Shown: positions 36,827 through 47,710 of the stretch, piece after piece
How the letters are laid out: each line of letters starts with the position of its first letter
How positions within the stretch are numbered: position 1 is the stretch's first letter
NCBI GenBank assembly: GCA_041660605.1
Contig: JBAZWB010000001.1
Coordinates: 329,295 to 393,294, forward strand
DNA from: Patescibacteria group bacterium
GTDB taxonomy: Bacteria; Patescibacteriota; Patescibacteriia; UBA10025; JAHIVO01
Direction: 5' to 3'
DNA: 64,000 bases
Translations under genes and position numbers: made by a program
Notes under the pieces: generated by a model
The model's input: only the letters and a program-made list of their open reading frames with translations
What the model was told of the DNA's origin: nothing
Database searches by the model: none

Positions 36827-37777
36827 ATGAAACATATAAATAAAAAGACAATTTCTTTCATTGTTTTGGCCCTGGCCATTATTTTTACTTTTGTGTTTTT
36901 AAGGGGACATTTCAGCGATCTGAAAGTATTAACCAGGATAAGCCTTTGGGGCGCGTCGGTACTGGGTATTTTGATAATAATCACCACCGTATTAAATGGG
37001 TTGCGGATTAAATACACACTCGAGCCATTGCATATTAACTTACCAGCCAAAGAATGGCTCAGTATTTCCGTGACGAATTCTTTTTGGAATTATCTGCCTT
37101 TTCAGGGCGGTCTAATTTCACGGGGCATTTATTTAAAACAGAAATATCAGCTGAATTATATCGATTTCATCAGCATTACGGCGGCAACCTATCTAATCAC
37201 ATTTTTATCTTTGAGCTTGTCCGGCATTATCCTGGCGATGTTGGCCTTAAAAAATGTTGAAACGGCAATTTGGCCGGTGATTTTGTATTCACTTTTGGCG
37301 ATTTTTTCGCTTCTGATTCTGCTTTTTACACGTAATGGGGTGTTGCACAAATTTATCAGACTTAAAAAAGTTTTAGAGATTGAAGCGGGATTGAAATTAG
37401 TTTTGACAAACTCCAAACTGGTTTGGAGTTTGATTATACTGGACCTTTTATTTATTATCAGTTACGCGGTTCGCTTGTATCTGGCCGCGTATTTTCTGGG
37501 GTATAATATTAATATACTTTATTTTTTCGCAATTGCGCCCATTGGCATATTGGCAATATATACCGCGATTACTCCCGGCGGATTGATTATTCGCGAAGCA
37601 CTGATCGGGTTGCTGGCAAGCGCACTGCTGGTTAACGTTTCGGAAGTCGTAATTGCTTCAATTCTTGACAGAGCCGTTTTAATCATAATTATTTTTTCCT
37701 TAGGATTAATCTGCAATTACTATCTAACGCATAAGGCATTTTCAAAAAAATTTAACATTAACCAGTCAGAATCATGA
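36827..37777 (+). CDS. lysylphosphatidylglycerol synthase TM / flippase-like membrane protein
   Basis: NYLP.QGG...R..YL, TPGGL..RE, LDR motifs; multi-TM. Confidence 0.8.
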   Translation: MKHINKKTISFIVLALAIIFTFVFLRGHFSDLKVLTRISLWGASVLGILIIITTVLNGLRIKYTLEPLHINLPAKEWLSISVTNSFWNYLPFQGGLISRGIYLKQKYQLNYIDFISITAATYLITFLSLSLSGIILAMLALKNVETAIWPVILYSLLAIFSLLILLFTRNGVLHKFIRLKKVLEIEAGLKLVLTNSKLVWSLIILDLLFIISYAVRLYLAAYFLGYNINILYFFAIAPIGILAIYTAITPGGLIIREALIGLLASALLVNVSEVVIASILDRAVLIIIIFSLGLICNYYLTHKAFSKKFNINQSES

Positions 37778-38667
37778 GCAGTTTTGTCAATCGGAAGTTT
37801 TTATCTGACAGTTTCCGCCTGCTTTACAAATTTGGAGTAGGGCATGCGTTTAGGAGATTTTATGATTTGCTCAGGGTGAAAATTTATGAAAGAAAACGCA
37901 ATAAACGCTTTCACCGGCTTCTAGCCTCCACTCCGAAACACGTAGTAAAAAAAGTACTGGATTTTCAAATGGAGCTGGATTTGAATGATTTCGGTATCCA
38001 CAGGGATTTGTTCCTTGATGGAATCAGGGAGCCAATCGCTACCGCGCATTTGAAGTCATTGCTTAATCCTGATAGCGTGGTTCTGGAGGTCGGCGCGAAT
38101 ATCGGCTATTACGTGCTCATGGAATCAAAAATTTGCCGGAAAATATACGCCATAGAACCCGTCAGACAAAATATTCAAAATCTAAAACGCAATCTGGCCA
38201 TAAATAAGTGCAAAAATATTGAAGTATATGAGCTTGCCTTGGGCGACAAGAATGGCACGTTATCGATAAATATTTCTTCAAAAAGTAATTTACACAGTTT
38301 TTATCCTCATAGCGGTACAGTTGCCCACCAACAAGTGGAGATGCTGACCGGCGATGATTTTATAAAAAACAAAGAAGCGCCGACGTTTGTCAGAATGGAC
38401 GTTGAGGGTTACGAATTGAACATCATCAGGGGGATGGCGCAAACGCTAAAGCGCGTCAATAATATATTTATGGAAATCCATTCAGACATAATGAGCTTGC
38501 CGGAAACCCGCGAATTGATCGATCTTTTGCACCAGGCAGGCTTTCAGCCGGAGCTTATTGTCAAATATGACCGGCCAGGGTTGAGCAAGCTAATGCCCAT
38601 GAAACAGATAAAGAACATTTACCGCGGTGACGCGGGTGGTTATGAAGTTTTTTGGAAAAAAGCATAA
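37774..38667 (+). CDS. FkbM family methyltransferase
   Basis: VLEVGANIGYY, AIEP, MDVEGYE..I..G. Confidence 0.9.
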   Translation: MSSFVNRKFLSDSFRLLYKFGVGHAFRRFYDLLRVKIYERKRNKRFHRLLASTPKHVVKKVLDFQMELDLNDFGIHRDLFLDGIREPIATAHLKSLLNPDSVVLEVGANIGYYVLMESKICRKIYAIEPVRQNIQNLKRNLAINKCKNIEVYELALGDKNGTLSINISSKSNLHSFYPHSGTVAHQQVEMLTGDDFIKNKEAPTFVRMDVEGYELNIIRGMAQTLKRVNNIFMEIHSDIMSLPETRELIDLLHQAGFQPELIVKYDRPGLSKLMPMKQIKNIYRGDAGGYEVFWKKA

Positions 38668-38721
38668 TTAGCGCATTTCAATGACCTTGATCGGCAAGAA
38701 AAAATTTAATTTTTAATAATA

Positions 38722-40281
38722 ATGTTCAGGAAAAAAGAATTCTTAACAATAATTGGTTTATTCATTTTTTCAATTATTGTGAGGCTGGTTATCAGCGCTT
38801 TTTACCCCGTTGGCTCCGATTCCGTTTTATATTTGAAATTGGCTGAAAGGATTAGCCAGGGTTTTTTATCGCTAAATGAATTTAAAAAAGTGCATGAGTT
38901 TATTCAGCCGGGCTATTCTTTTTTCATTTACCTTTTTAATTTAGTAATCAATAACTGGGAGATCGCGGCATTGGCGGTTTCTATTATTAGCGGCGTTTTT
39001 TTGGTGCTCCTGACGTATTTACTGGCAAAAAGATTGTTTAATAGCACTACGGCGGTGATCGCCGGTATTTTGATGTGCCTTCATCCTATGGCTTTATATT
39101 TCTCCACCAGCGTGCTGACGGAATCATTGTTTACGGCTTTGCTAATTTCAGTAATTTACCTGAGCTGGCTGGCGTTAGTCAGGAAAAAGAGCGTTTTTTT
39201 CTTTATTCTAATCGGTTTTTTGATCGGCCTAGCTTATTATGTGAGAATTGTCGGATTAGCCGCGTTGCCGGTAGTTGTTCTATGGATACTGCTTTTTGGT
39301 TTTTTGATTGAGAAAAGAAAATTGAAATATTTATTGTTTTCCATTATGTTGTTGTGTTTAGGAGTGTTGGCGGTTGTTTCACCGTACCTGATCTATTTAT
39401 ATCAGCAAAAAGGAGAATTTGTAATTACCGGGGCGCAGAATACAGCTGAATATGTAAAAAGTGAGTTCGGTGCCGATAAAATGGAGACCAGATTACAAAA
39501 GCACCAGATATTTTCCTCACTTGATGAAACCGGCTCAGATTTTAAAATTAATGAAGTTAATGAAACAGCAAAAAAATCCACAGGCGATTTATTATCAATT
39601 TATTGGAAAAATTTTTGGGGCTGTATTACTGATAATATTATCAAGTTTTTAGGATATTTTTTTATTTTTAGCTTTACCTGCATATATATTCTTATCAGGA
39701 AAAGAAGTCGACAGGCAACCATATCATTTTTTTATTTGTTAAGTTGGATACCATTCTATCTGATAATTTATTATCAAGGTCGGCCTGATTTACGATATTA
39801 TTTTCCCGTATTGCCATTAATGATCATAATCATTGCCAGTTTGTTCAGTAGCATATTTAGCCATAAGTTTAATAAATTAACCCGTATATTTGGCCTAGCT
39901 AGCCTGATATTATTTTTTTTAATTATAGAAATGTTTATTAACAGAAAATTTCCCTTGGTACCCTTAAGTATTTTTAAAGAATCTAACTTTCATAAAGCAG
40001 GCATAGTAATTAAAGAAAATTTTGGCGCTAATCAAAAAATTTTATCGGAATATCCGGCGGTCACCTATTACTCCGAAGGCATCCATTATCCTTTGCCCGT
40101 TGATGATTATTCGTCGGTAACGCAGTTTGCCAGGTACCAGAATGTTGATTTGTTATTATTGATTAAGCAGGAGCACAGCACTCGCCCGAATATGGATTTG
40201 CTATATAATGTAACCGAAAACGACGACTGGAAATTGGTTATCTCCGCGGGCAGTTTGTATTTGTTTCAATTAAAAAAGTAG
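38722..40281 (+). CDS. GT-C (PMT/ArnT-like, GT39/83) membrane glycosyltransferase
   Basis: DS..Y...A, PGY, LTESLF, RY..P; multi-TM. Confidence 0.8.
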   Translation: MFRKKEFLTIIGLFIFSIIVRLVISAFYPVGSDSVLYLKLAERISQGFLSLNEFKKVHEFIQPGYSFFIYLFNLVINNWEIAALAVSIISGVFLVLLTYLLAKRLFNSTTAVIAGILMCLHPMALYFSTSVLTESLFTALLISVIYLSWLALVRKKSVFFFILIGFLIGLAYYVRIVGLAALPVVVLWILLFGFLIEKRKLKYLLFSIMLLCLGVLAVVSPYLIYLYQQKGEFVITGAQNTAEYVKSEFGADKMETRLQKHQIFSSLDETGSDFKINEVNETAKKSTGDLLSIYWKNFWGCITDNIIKFLGYFFIFSFTCIYILIRKRSRQATISFFYLLSWIPFYLIIYYQGRPDLRYYFPVLPLMIIIIASLFSSIFSHKFNKLTRIFGLASLILFFLIIEMFINRKFPLVPLSIFKESNFHKAGIVIKENFGANQKILSEYPAVTYYSEGIHYPLPVDDYSSVTQFARYQNVDLLLLIKQEHSTRPNMDLLYNVTENDDWKLVISAGSLYLFQLKK

Positions 40282-41718
40282 TTATAGATATATTTTTGGC
40301 AGGAGAACATTTGTCCAGATAATGACATTTCCTATCACACTGGCAAGAATCAGCAGGAGATAAAGCGCCGTCCTGCATTTTTTCCCTGCCAAGAAATCAA
40401 GGCCTTTCAGATATAAATAATAAATAGGCAGTATCAAAGGGAAAAAATACCTGCCTTCCACCGGGAAGGTATATTTGCCGTAGTTCAGGAGATTTTTCAG
40501 GAAAAGATAAAGATAAACCGCTTCCAGTGACAGTATAGAGAGCACTAAAAAAGTTTGTTTAACTTTGTCGGAAGACAGGGCGGTTTTTTTATTTTTTAAA
40601 TAAAGCCATATTAATCCAAACAAAGACAAAAAAGCAGAAAGCGCCCCCAAAACCATAAAGCTTATCGGCAATCCGGACTGGAGGTTAAAAGTGCGATTAT
40701 AGCCAAAAGTGGTGAATATATAAAAGTATCTGGTAAAAATGATATGAAAATACTGCCCGATTTGCAGATTTAAAAATTGCGGGTACGCTTCGGGCAGGCT
40801 GGGCACAGTTAAAAAACTTTGGTAAATCAGGAAGTTTCTGATATACCACCAGCCGGCGAGACCTATAGTTATAACAATCACCAGCAGCAGAAGTCTGATT
40901 ATTTTTTGGAATTTCTCCCGGCTAATTTTCAGATGATAAATAAACGGGATAAGCGCCAGCGCAGGAAAAATAAAAAACTGCTGTTTAGTCAGCAGGCCCA
41001 GCCCCAGGCAGAGGCCCAGCCAAACGGAGTTTTTTATGTTTAATTCGTCAATCAGCCTGATGATGAAATAAATTGTCGCGGTTGCCAGGCCAGTCAAAAG
41101 CACGTCATTGTTTATGCCTGACTCCACGTAGGAAAAAATCGGCTGGAAACCGATCAGCGCGGTTAAGGCCAGAGAGAAATAAAATTTCTTGCTCAGTCTC
41201 ATGGCAATAAGAAAGCAGAAATATACCGTGGCCAGGAAGATCAGCGCGGAAAATACGCGCATGGCGTACGATCGGGCAAAAACATTGGCTTTATAAAAAA
41301 GCAGGTAGGGGATCCCCTCCGCGGCGTAGTACAGCGGCGGATAGAGAACGGCGGCGTTTTTGTATTCGCCATCGGCTGGCAGTTTGTAGTAAAGTGACTG
41401 GAAATCGGGGTTTGAATATTCTTTCAGCGAGTGCCGGCCAAGTTCGGGCGTTACTTTAGGGATGATTCCGCCAGTTACCGAATTATTTACCGCAATTTTT
41501 GAGACTGCGTATTCTTCCGAAAAGGAAAGATCATAAGGCGTTTTGAATTTTCCCTGATAGATCGGCATTTTTTTTTCTTCTGCCAGGTATTGCGTATAGG
41601 AAAAATGCGCCGCTTCGTCATGATTACCCCAGGGTTTGGTGATAAAGACGAAGACCAGCTCCTTGGCGAAAACCAGCATCAGTACCGTTGAGAGCAAGTA
41701 TTTATATTTTTTAGTCAT
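40282..41718 (-). CDS. DUF2142-like GT-C membrane protein
   Basis: PW..HDE.AHF.Y, YPPLYY, INND, GLGLLTK, GRY. Confidence 0.8.
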   Translation of the reverse strand: MTKKYKYLLSTVLMLVFAKELVFVFITKPWGNHDEAAHFSYTQYLAEEKKMPIYQGKFKTPYDLSFSEEYAVSKIAVNNSVTGGIIPKVTPELGRHSLKEYSNPDFQSLYYKLPADGEYKNAAVLYPPLYYAAEGIPYLLFYKANVFARSYAMRVFSALIFLATVYFCFLIAMRLSKKFYFSLALTALIGFQPIFSYVESGINNDVLLTGLATATIYFIIRLIDELNIKNSVWLGLCLGLGLLTKQQFFIFPALALIPFIYHLKISREKFQKIIRLLLLVIVITIGLAGWWYIRNFLIYQSFLTVPSLPEAYPQFLNLQIGQYFHIIFTRYFYIFTTFGYNRTFNLQSGLPISFMVLGALSAFLSLFGLIWLYLKNKKTALSSDKVKQTFLVLSILSLEAVYLYLFLKNLLNYGKYTFPVEGRYFFPLILPIYYLYLKGLDFLAGKKCRTALYLLLILASVIGNVIIWTNVLLPKIYL

Positions 41719-42406
41719 GAGTCTCAATAAAAAGGTATTTAACCAGCAACCACAGCAAACAGACGGTCAGTAAAAGAAAGATAATAAATATAACCGGTAA
41801 AAAGGATTTGCTATAAAAAATTCCGGACTTGGCATAAGTCAGCCGGTTCACCAGGACACTGAGAGACGAGGGTGCATAGTACCGCCAATCCAGAGCCAGT
41901 CGATAATCGGTATCAGCAATACCATTAACTAACAGCTGTCCGCTGTCACTGTTTTTCGACGGTACTGCCAGCAGGGAAGCATCAGTCGGCCAGCTGTCTT
42001 TTTGAATTTGGAAAGAGTAGGTTTTTCCCTGGGAATCGCCAAGAGGTTCGAATTTCCAGGTAATATATCCCGCCTGGTTATTGGCAGGATTAAAATTAGC
42101 TGTTTTCTCCCTCAATACTGTCTTTTCTTTGCTATCTGATAATTTTAAATTTAATGATATTTTTTCAGAAGATTTTATAGGGATTTTAATAATTGCCAGG
42201 TCGTTGTTTGTAGAATAGATATTTTGTTCCGCAATTAGTCGATTATTTGCTTTAATTGTTAGTTCGTAGGAATATTTTAAACTGATTAAATTAGAACCTT
42301 GAGTGTCGTAAAATTTATTATCGGTATTTATCCTGATAATAAAAAATACTGCAATGAAAATGATTAAAATAATGGCGGTGAATTGTATTATTCTGATTTT
42401 TATCAT
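41711..42406 (-). CDS. membrane protein with two TMs and an extracytoplasmic domain
   Basis: ORF overlapping both neighbours; N- and C-terminal TMs. Confidence 0.75.
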   Translation of the reverse strand: MIKIRIIQFTAIILIIFIAVFFIIRINTDNKFYDTQGSNLISLKYSYELTIKANNRLIAEQNIYSTNNDLAIIKIPIKSSEKISLNLKLSDSKEKTVLREKTANFNPANNQAGYITWKFEPLGDSQGKTYSFQIQKDSWPTDASLLAVPSKNSDSGQLLVNGIADTDYRLALDWRYYAPSSLSVLVNRLTYAKSGIFYSKSFLPVIFIIFLLLTVCLLWLLVKYLFIETHD

Positions 42407-43914
42407 AAATAAAAACGGGGAATTATAACCTGAAAAATTGCAATATAATTAATCGCGATCGCTATAAGGCAAATCAGCAAGTAGGCCCAGTTGATGAATT
42501 TTTTTGCAACCAGATAGCGCCAGCCGGTCAAAAAGAAGAAACTAAAGACGAATATCAGAGGCAGGTAATACCTGCCATCGGTCGGAAATCTGGCTTGTCC
42601 GGTGAGAAAAAGCGATTTGGAAAAAATTAGCAAGAAAATCAGTTCCAGCAACAGGGCGCTGATGATCAGGGAAATGGCGATTATCTTTTTTTCTCTGGCG
42701 ATTAGTTTCCAGCGCTGCCTGACCAGTATCAGCAAGCCAAAGCAACTTAAAATAATCGCGGTAATTACCGCGCCCATAATGTAGATGGGCAGGCCCATTT
42801 CCGTGGCAAAACCAAAGATAAAATTCAATGACATAAAACCGTATAGCCAGCGTTGGAAGTACTGGGGCCAGACTTGACTGAAACTAGCCGGCGTGGCAAG
42901 AGCGGCGGTATTTTCTCCGGAAGAAGACATAAAAAAAGTACCATATTGCTGATAACTCCAGACGAACCACCAGGCACAAAGTACCAGAGATATTAAAATC
43001 AATGCCACTAACCCAAGCGCCACCTTTTTTCTGATGTCAGTATTTTTAATAAAATGGTAAATAAAAGGGATAACGGCAATCAATGGCATAAATATAAACT
43101 GCGGTTTGGTCAGCAGGCCCAGGCCAAGAGTAATCCCCAGAAAGATTATTTCCCGCCACCTAAAATTCTGGATCAGCCTGACGCACCAATAGAGCGACAG
43201 GGTTGATAAAAAAATCAGCAGAATGTCATTATTAATCCCGTTGGCCAGATGGCTGAAGACCGGCAGCAGGCCCGTCAGCAGGCATAGAGTCAGGGAAAAT
43301 TTCGTATTTTTTGTTATCAGTTTGGCCAGTAAATAGCACAGCCAGATTGTCGCCAGGTAAATCAGGGAAGAAAAAATTCTCATGGCATACATCCTGGTCA
43401 GGATATCGCTGTGGTAAAAAACTGAATAGGGGATAGCCATGGCCGCATAATAAAGCGGCTGGTAAACTGCCGCGGAATTTTTATATTCCGGAGTTTTTGG
43501 CAGTTGGTAATATAAATTTAAATATCCAGCCGGCGCGGTGCTTATATTCAGGGGATGTCTGTCCAGGCCGCTCAGCTGCCGCGCAATATCACCGGAAGCA
43601 ATTGACGGGTTGTTAAATAATTGATGCACCAGGCGGTATTGCTTGTTTGAACCTTTCATCAGCCGGGTAGCTTCGGTCCTGATTTCCGATTCCGCGTATT
43701 CCTGGGAAAAAGAAAGGACAGTGGCGTCAGTAAAAGCGCCCTGATAAACAGGGAGTTTCTTTTCTTCTACTAAATACTGGGTATAAGCAAAGTGGGCCGG
43801 CTCGTCGTGATTCTGCCAGGGTGGGATGAGAAATATAAAAATCAGCTCTTTCAGAAAAACAGCGGACAGTATTAAAAGCAGAATTATGCTAGATCTTTTT
43901 GTAAATAGCTTCAC
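42403..43914 (-). CDS. DUF2142-like GT-C membrane protein (paralog of 40282-41718)
   Basis: PPWQNHDEPAHF.Y, YQPLYY, INND, GLGLLTK, GRY. Confidence 0.8.
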   Translation of the reverse strand: MKLFTKRSSIILLLILSAVFLKELIFIFLIPPWQNHDEPAHFAYTQYLVEEKKLPVYQGAFTDATVLSFSQEYAESEIRTEATRLMKGSNKQYRLVHQLFNNPSIASGDIARQLSGLDRHPLNISTAPAGYLNLYYQLPKTPEYKNSAAVYQPLYYAAMAIPYSVFYHSDILTRMYAMRIFSSLIYLATIWLCYLLAKLITKNTKFSLTLCLLTGLLPVFSHLANGINNDILLIFLSTLSLYWCVRLIQNFRWREIIFLGITLGLGLLTKPQFIFMPLIAVIPFIYHFIKNTDIRKKVALGLVALILISLVLCAWWFVWSYQQYGTFFMSSSGENTAALATPASFSQVWPQYFQRWLYGFMSLNFIFGFATEMGLPIYIMGAVITAIILSCFGLLILVRQRWKLIAREKKIIAISLIISALLLELIFLLIFSKSLFLTGQARFPTDGRYYLPLIFVFSFFFLTGWRYLVAKKFINWAYLLICLIAIAINYIAIFQVIIPRFYL

Positions 43915-44046
43915 GAATTTTTTTTATTAGGACTTGCATGAAGCCCTTATAATGTTAATAAGTTCATTTTATCATTATTTTGAAGACTTTACAAAATGCA
44001 AAAAATGTGTTAAAATTAAACCAGTTGAGTACGAAAATCAAAAATT

Positions 44047-44439
44047 ATGTCAGATAACATTTTACTGGCCACTTTAAAGTACATAGCTTTCGAGATTCTA
44101 TGGGATATTATTTATTTTCCCATCTGGTGGTACACCAAAGGCCTGGCCAGAATGGCTAACTATTGTCTTAACAGCGCGCGCTTCCATTTATACCGCCGCG
44201 TGGCTTTGGGTATCTGGATGAAAAATATGTTTAGACCCATGTACGGCGATTATACCAGGGAAGGGCGGATCATCAGTTTTTTCATGAGAATGGTCGTTTT
44301 GTTCTGGAAATTATTGTCCACTGTTTTATGGTTTATCGTTTTGCTTTTAATTTTTATAATGTGGATCATCCTGCCATTGGCGGTAATATATTATTTGCTT
44401 TTTCAATTGTTTGATCTGCCTTTTTTAAAGATTAGCTAG
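44047..44439 (+). CDS. membrane protein upstream of Clp ATPase
   Basis: YFP.WWY..G, W.KN.F.PMYGD....GR.ISFF.R. Confidence 0.75.
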   Translation: MSDNILLATLKYIAFEILWDIIYFPIWWYTKGLARMANYCLNSARFHLYRRVALGIWMKNMFRPMYGDYTREGRIISFFMRMVVLFWKLLSTVLWFIVLLLIFIMWIILPLAVIYYLLFQLFDLPFLKIS

Positions 44440-44444
44440 CTGAT

Positions 44445-47210
44445 ATGCCGAAACAAACCGGAAAAAACTTTATTTTCCTGGAATGCCCTCTCTGCCATGG
44501 AAGCGGACGAGTGCAAAATGAAGCATGCCGCCGCTGCCGCGAATATGGTTCGCTGGCCTGGCTGGATGGGGATATTTTGTATTGGGGCAAAAAAATTGAC
44601 TCGCTGCATATTTTCGAGGAGGAACTGGAAAGGCTCGTTAAAGGCATAATAAATGGTTTTTTAATATTTTTTGGATTAATTGGCCTGGCCGCGCTTTTCG
44701 TGACCATCATTAAAGCGACGCAGGACGGCGCTTTGGCCTGGAAGTTTATTTTTCAAAGAAGCCAATTACTGGGAATATTTTCAGTGACTTTACTGACTGA
44801 TTTATACGCGTACTACCGGATGCAGCGCGAATCTGTGCTGGAAAAATCAGTCAAACCAAAAAGCTTCGACGTTTTATTGACTGAAGAGAGTCCGGAATCG
44901 CTTTTTGAAAAAGCCCTGGCCATGGATAAGAAAAAAATGTCGGAGATTTCCTACACGCTTACTCTTGATGCCAAACGCGCCGTAGAGCAGGCCTGGCAGA
45001 TGTCGGGAAAAATGAAACATGCCGAGACTAAGCCTATCCATCTTTTAGCGGCCCTGCTGAACAACGAGCAGACCAGGGTGGTGCTTTTCCGCCTGGGCAT
45101 AGACGTTAAGGAGCTGGTAGCGAAGATTACGCGCAATCTGTCGAAACTGCCTGCGCGGGAAAAAGGCGATAGTCTGATTTCCTCCGATTTCAAGAAAGTT
45201 CTGCTGCGCGCATATGCTGAGGCATTTTATGCCAGGCGCCAGCGGGTGGATATCCCCCAATTGCTGGTGGCAATAATCTTCGTAGATGATGACAGCCGGG
45301 ATATTTTTTATGATTTAGAAATTGAGCTGGAACAACTGGTTAACGTGGTTGAATGGCTGAATATCCAGCATCGCCTGTCGGTAAAATGGCATAATTGGCG
45401 CAGCAAGGCCATATATAAATCCAAGGGCCCGATGAACAAATCAATGACTGCTCAGGCCACTCCCTTGCTGGATCGTTTCAGTCACGATATGACGCAGCTG
45501 GCCAGACAGGGTGTGCTGGCGCCGTGCATTGGCAGAGACCGGGAGCTGGAAGAGGCGCTGCGGGTTTTACAGGGCGGGAAAAATGTAATTTTTTCCGGAT
45601 TTCCCGGCGTGGGCAAGACCAGCATCATCGAGGGCATTGCCGAACTGATGGCTTCAGAAGAAGTGCCGGAAATTTTGCAGGACAAGAGGCTAGTCAGCCT
45701 CTCTGTCGCCTCCCTGGTTGGCGCCGCCAGCCATCAGGGTGAGCTGGAAGGCGTCATATTGCAAATAATAAATGAGATAGTCCGCTCAGGAAACATTGTC
45801 GTTTACATTGATAATATACAGAATATGGTGGGCACTTCCACCGGCGGTTCGGAAAAAATGGATATCGCGGAAATACTGGCTAATGCCCTGCAGAAACATT
45901 TATTCTATTGCGTCGCTTCCACTACGCCGCTTGATTACCGGCGCTATATTGAGGGCAGTAATGCATTGATGTCCGTATTTCAAAAAGTAAATGTAGAGGA
46001 GCCTGATACCAACGGCGCTATACAGATATTGGAAGGCAAAGCGGGCGGAATAGAAGTGAAGAATCAGATTTATTTTTCTTATGAATCGATTGAAAAAACC
46101 GTAAAATTGTCAGAGCGCTATATCCATGAGCGTTATCTGCCGGAAAAAGCCATTTCCATACTGGAAGAAGTGGGCGTCTATGTGCGCAAGAAAAAAGGCA
46201 AGGACGCCATTGTCAGCGGCGAGGACGTGGCCGAAGTCATTTCCAGTAAGACCAACGTGCCGGTCACCAAAGTCACGCAAAAAGAATCAGAAAGACTTTT
46301 GGATTTAGAAGAAATTATCCATAAACGCATGGTCAACCAGGAAGAGGCGGTGCGGGCTGTTTCCACCGCTTTGCGTCGGGCCAGAGCGGAATTGCGCGAT
46401 GTCCGCCGGCCGATAGTCAATTTGCTTTTCCTGGGCCCGACCGGCGTAGGCAAGACAGAGCTGGCCAAGACTGTAGCCGAAGTTTATTTCGGTTCGGAAG
46501 ACGACATGATCCGGCTGGATATGTCGGAGTATCAGGATAAATCTTCCATCAACCGCCTGATCGGAGCGCCTCCTGGATATGCCGGAGCAACCAGCGGCGG
46601 CTACCTGACGGAAGCCATCAGAACCAAGCCTTTTGCCCTGCTGCTGCTGGATGAAATCGAAAAAGCGCATCCGGACCTGTTAAATATCTTTCTGCAGGTG
46701 ATGGATGACGGCCGGCTGACTGATACTCTCGGGCGGACCATTGATTTTACAAACGTTATTTTAATCGCCACGTCCAATGCCGGCACCAGCCTGATCCAGC
46801 AGAGGATTCAGGAGAATACGCCTTTGGAAAAAATTAAAGAAGAGCTGATTAATCAGGCTCTGCAGCCTTACTTCCGGCCGGAATTTCTGAATCGTTTTGA
46901 CCATATCGTAGTCTTCCGTCCGCTGAGCATGGAGCATATTATCCAGATAGTCGGACTAATGCTCAAACAGGTAGCCAGCCGCCTTGCCCTGAAAGGTATT
47001 CAGCTTGATGCGACAAAAGAAGCAATGGTAGAATTGGCACAGCAGGGCTTTGACCCGATTTTTGGAGCACGTCCATTGCGCCGGGCGATACAGGATAGGG
47101 TAGATAACGCTTTGGCCAGCTATTTACTGCAGGGAAAACTGGGACGCCGCGATGTAGCGGTCCTTGAGCCCGGCGGCCGTATCAGCGTCAGGCGCGCTCA
47201 GCCGCTATAA
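44445..47210 (+). CDS. membrane-anchored ClpA/B/C-family AAA+ ATPase
   Basis: N-terminal CxxC..CxxC and 2 TMs, Clp-N repeats, GFPGVGKT, GPTGVGKT, RLDMSEY, LLLDEIEKAH, FRPEFLNR, FGARPL. Confidence 0.92.
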   Translation: MPKQTGKNFIFLECPLCHGSGRVQNEACRRCREYGSLAWLDGDILYWGKKIDSLHIFEEELERLVKGIINGFLIFFGLIGLAALFVTIIKATQDGALAWKFIFQRSQLLGIFSVTLLTDLYAYYRMQRESVLEKSVKPKSFDVLLTEESPESLFEKALAMDKKKMSEISYTLTLDAKRAVEQAWQMSGKMKHAETKPIHLLAALLNNEQTRVVLFRLGIDVKELVAKITRNLSKLPAREKGDSLISSDFKKVLLRAYAEAFYARRQRVDIPQLLVAIIFVDDDSRDIFYDLEIELEQLVNVVEWLNIQHRLSVKWHNWRSKAIYKSKGPMNKSMTAQATPLLDRFSHDMTQLARQGVLAPCIGRDRELEEALRVLQGGKNVIFSGFPGVGKTSIIEGIAELMASEEVPEILQDKRLVSLSVASLVGAASHQGELEGVILQIINEIVRSGNIVVYIDNIQNMVGTSTGGSEKMDIAEILANALQKHLFYCVASTTPLDYRRYIEGSNALMSVFQKVNVEEPDTNGAIQILEGKAGGIEVKNQIYFSYESIEKTVKLSERYIHERYLPEKAISILEEVGVYVRKKKGKDAIVSGEDVAEVISSKTNVPVTKVTQKESERLLDLEEIIHKRMVNQEEAVRAVSTALRRARAELRDVRRPIVNLLFLGPTGVGKTELAKTVAEVYFGSEDDMIRLDMSEYQDKSSINRLIGAPPGYAGATSGGYLTEAIRTKPFALLLLDEIEKAHPDLLNIFLQVMDDGRLTDTLGRTIDFTNVILIATSNAGTSLIQQRIQENTPLEKIKEELINQALQPYFRPEFLNRFDHIVVFRPLSMEHIIQIVGLMLKQVASRLALKGIQLDATKEAMVELAQQGFDPIFGARPLRRAIQDRVDNALASYLLQGKLGRRDVAVLEPGGRISVRRAQPL

Positions 47211-47267
47211 ATAAAAAAGAGAGATCAATTTAATAATCTCCCGCCATTTTTCAGCGTTGGCGCTTGT

Positions 47268-47648
47268 TTAGGTTACCGCGTCAATTCTGGCAAAAACAAA
47301 GGTCACCATTGCCCAGGACAGCATAATGATGATTAATCCGATGACCGCTGTTTTTAAAACTTCCTTGGCTTTTTTCACCCTTTCCTCATTGCCAGCGGAA
47401 GTCATCCAGGTGACACCGCCCCAGAGTACCATTATAACGGCTACCAGGCCGAGAAAGCCGAGTGCCCACTGTATGACCCTGATGACTACTTCCGGCGGTC
47501 CGCCTTTTGGATTCGGCAGGTTGGTGGCGTTGATAATATCGCCGTTGGCGTCAAAAGTTACTGCTCTGGCCGGTTCAGCCATAAATAAGCCGACGTTAAA
47601 AATCATAACGCTCAATAGTCCGATAACTTTCCAGAATTTTTTAGTCAT
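47268..47648 (-). CDS. CPR-type pilin (TrbC/VirB2-like)
   Basis: signal + II...LG.LG..AV......G..WMTS.GNEE.V.KAK..L..AVIGL.II. Confidence 0.85.
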   Translation of the reverse strand: MTKKFWKVIGLLSVMIFNVGLFMAEPARAVTFDANGDIINATNLPNPKGGPPEVVIRVIQWALGFLGLVAVIMVLWGGVTWMTSAGNEERVKKAKEVLKTAVIGLIIIMLSWAMVTFVFARIDAVT

Positions 47649-47710
47649 AGAGTGGTATTAATGTATATATTATAGTCTTTTTATCGGGAATGTCAATATA
47701 ACGTAGAGAT

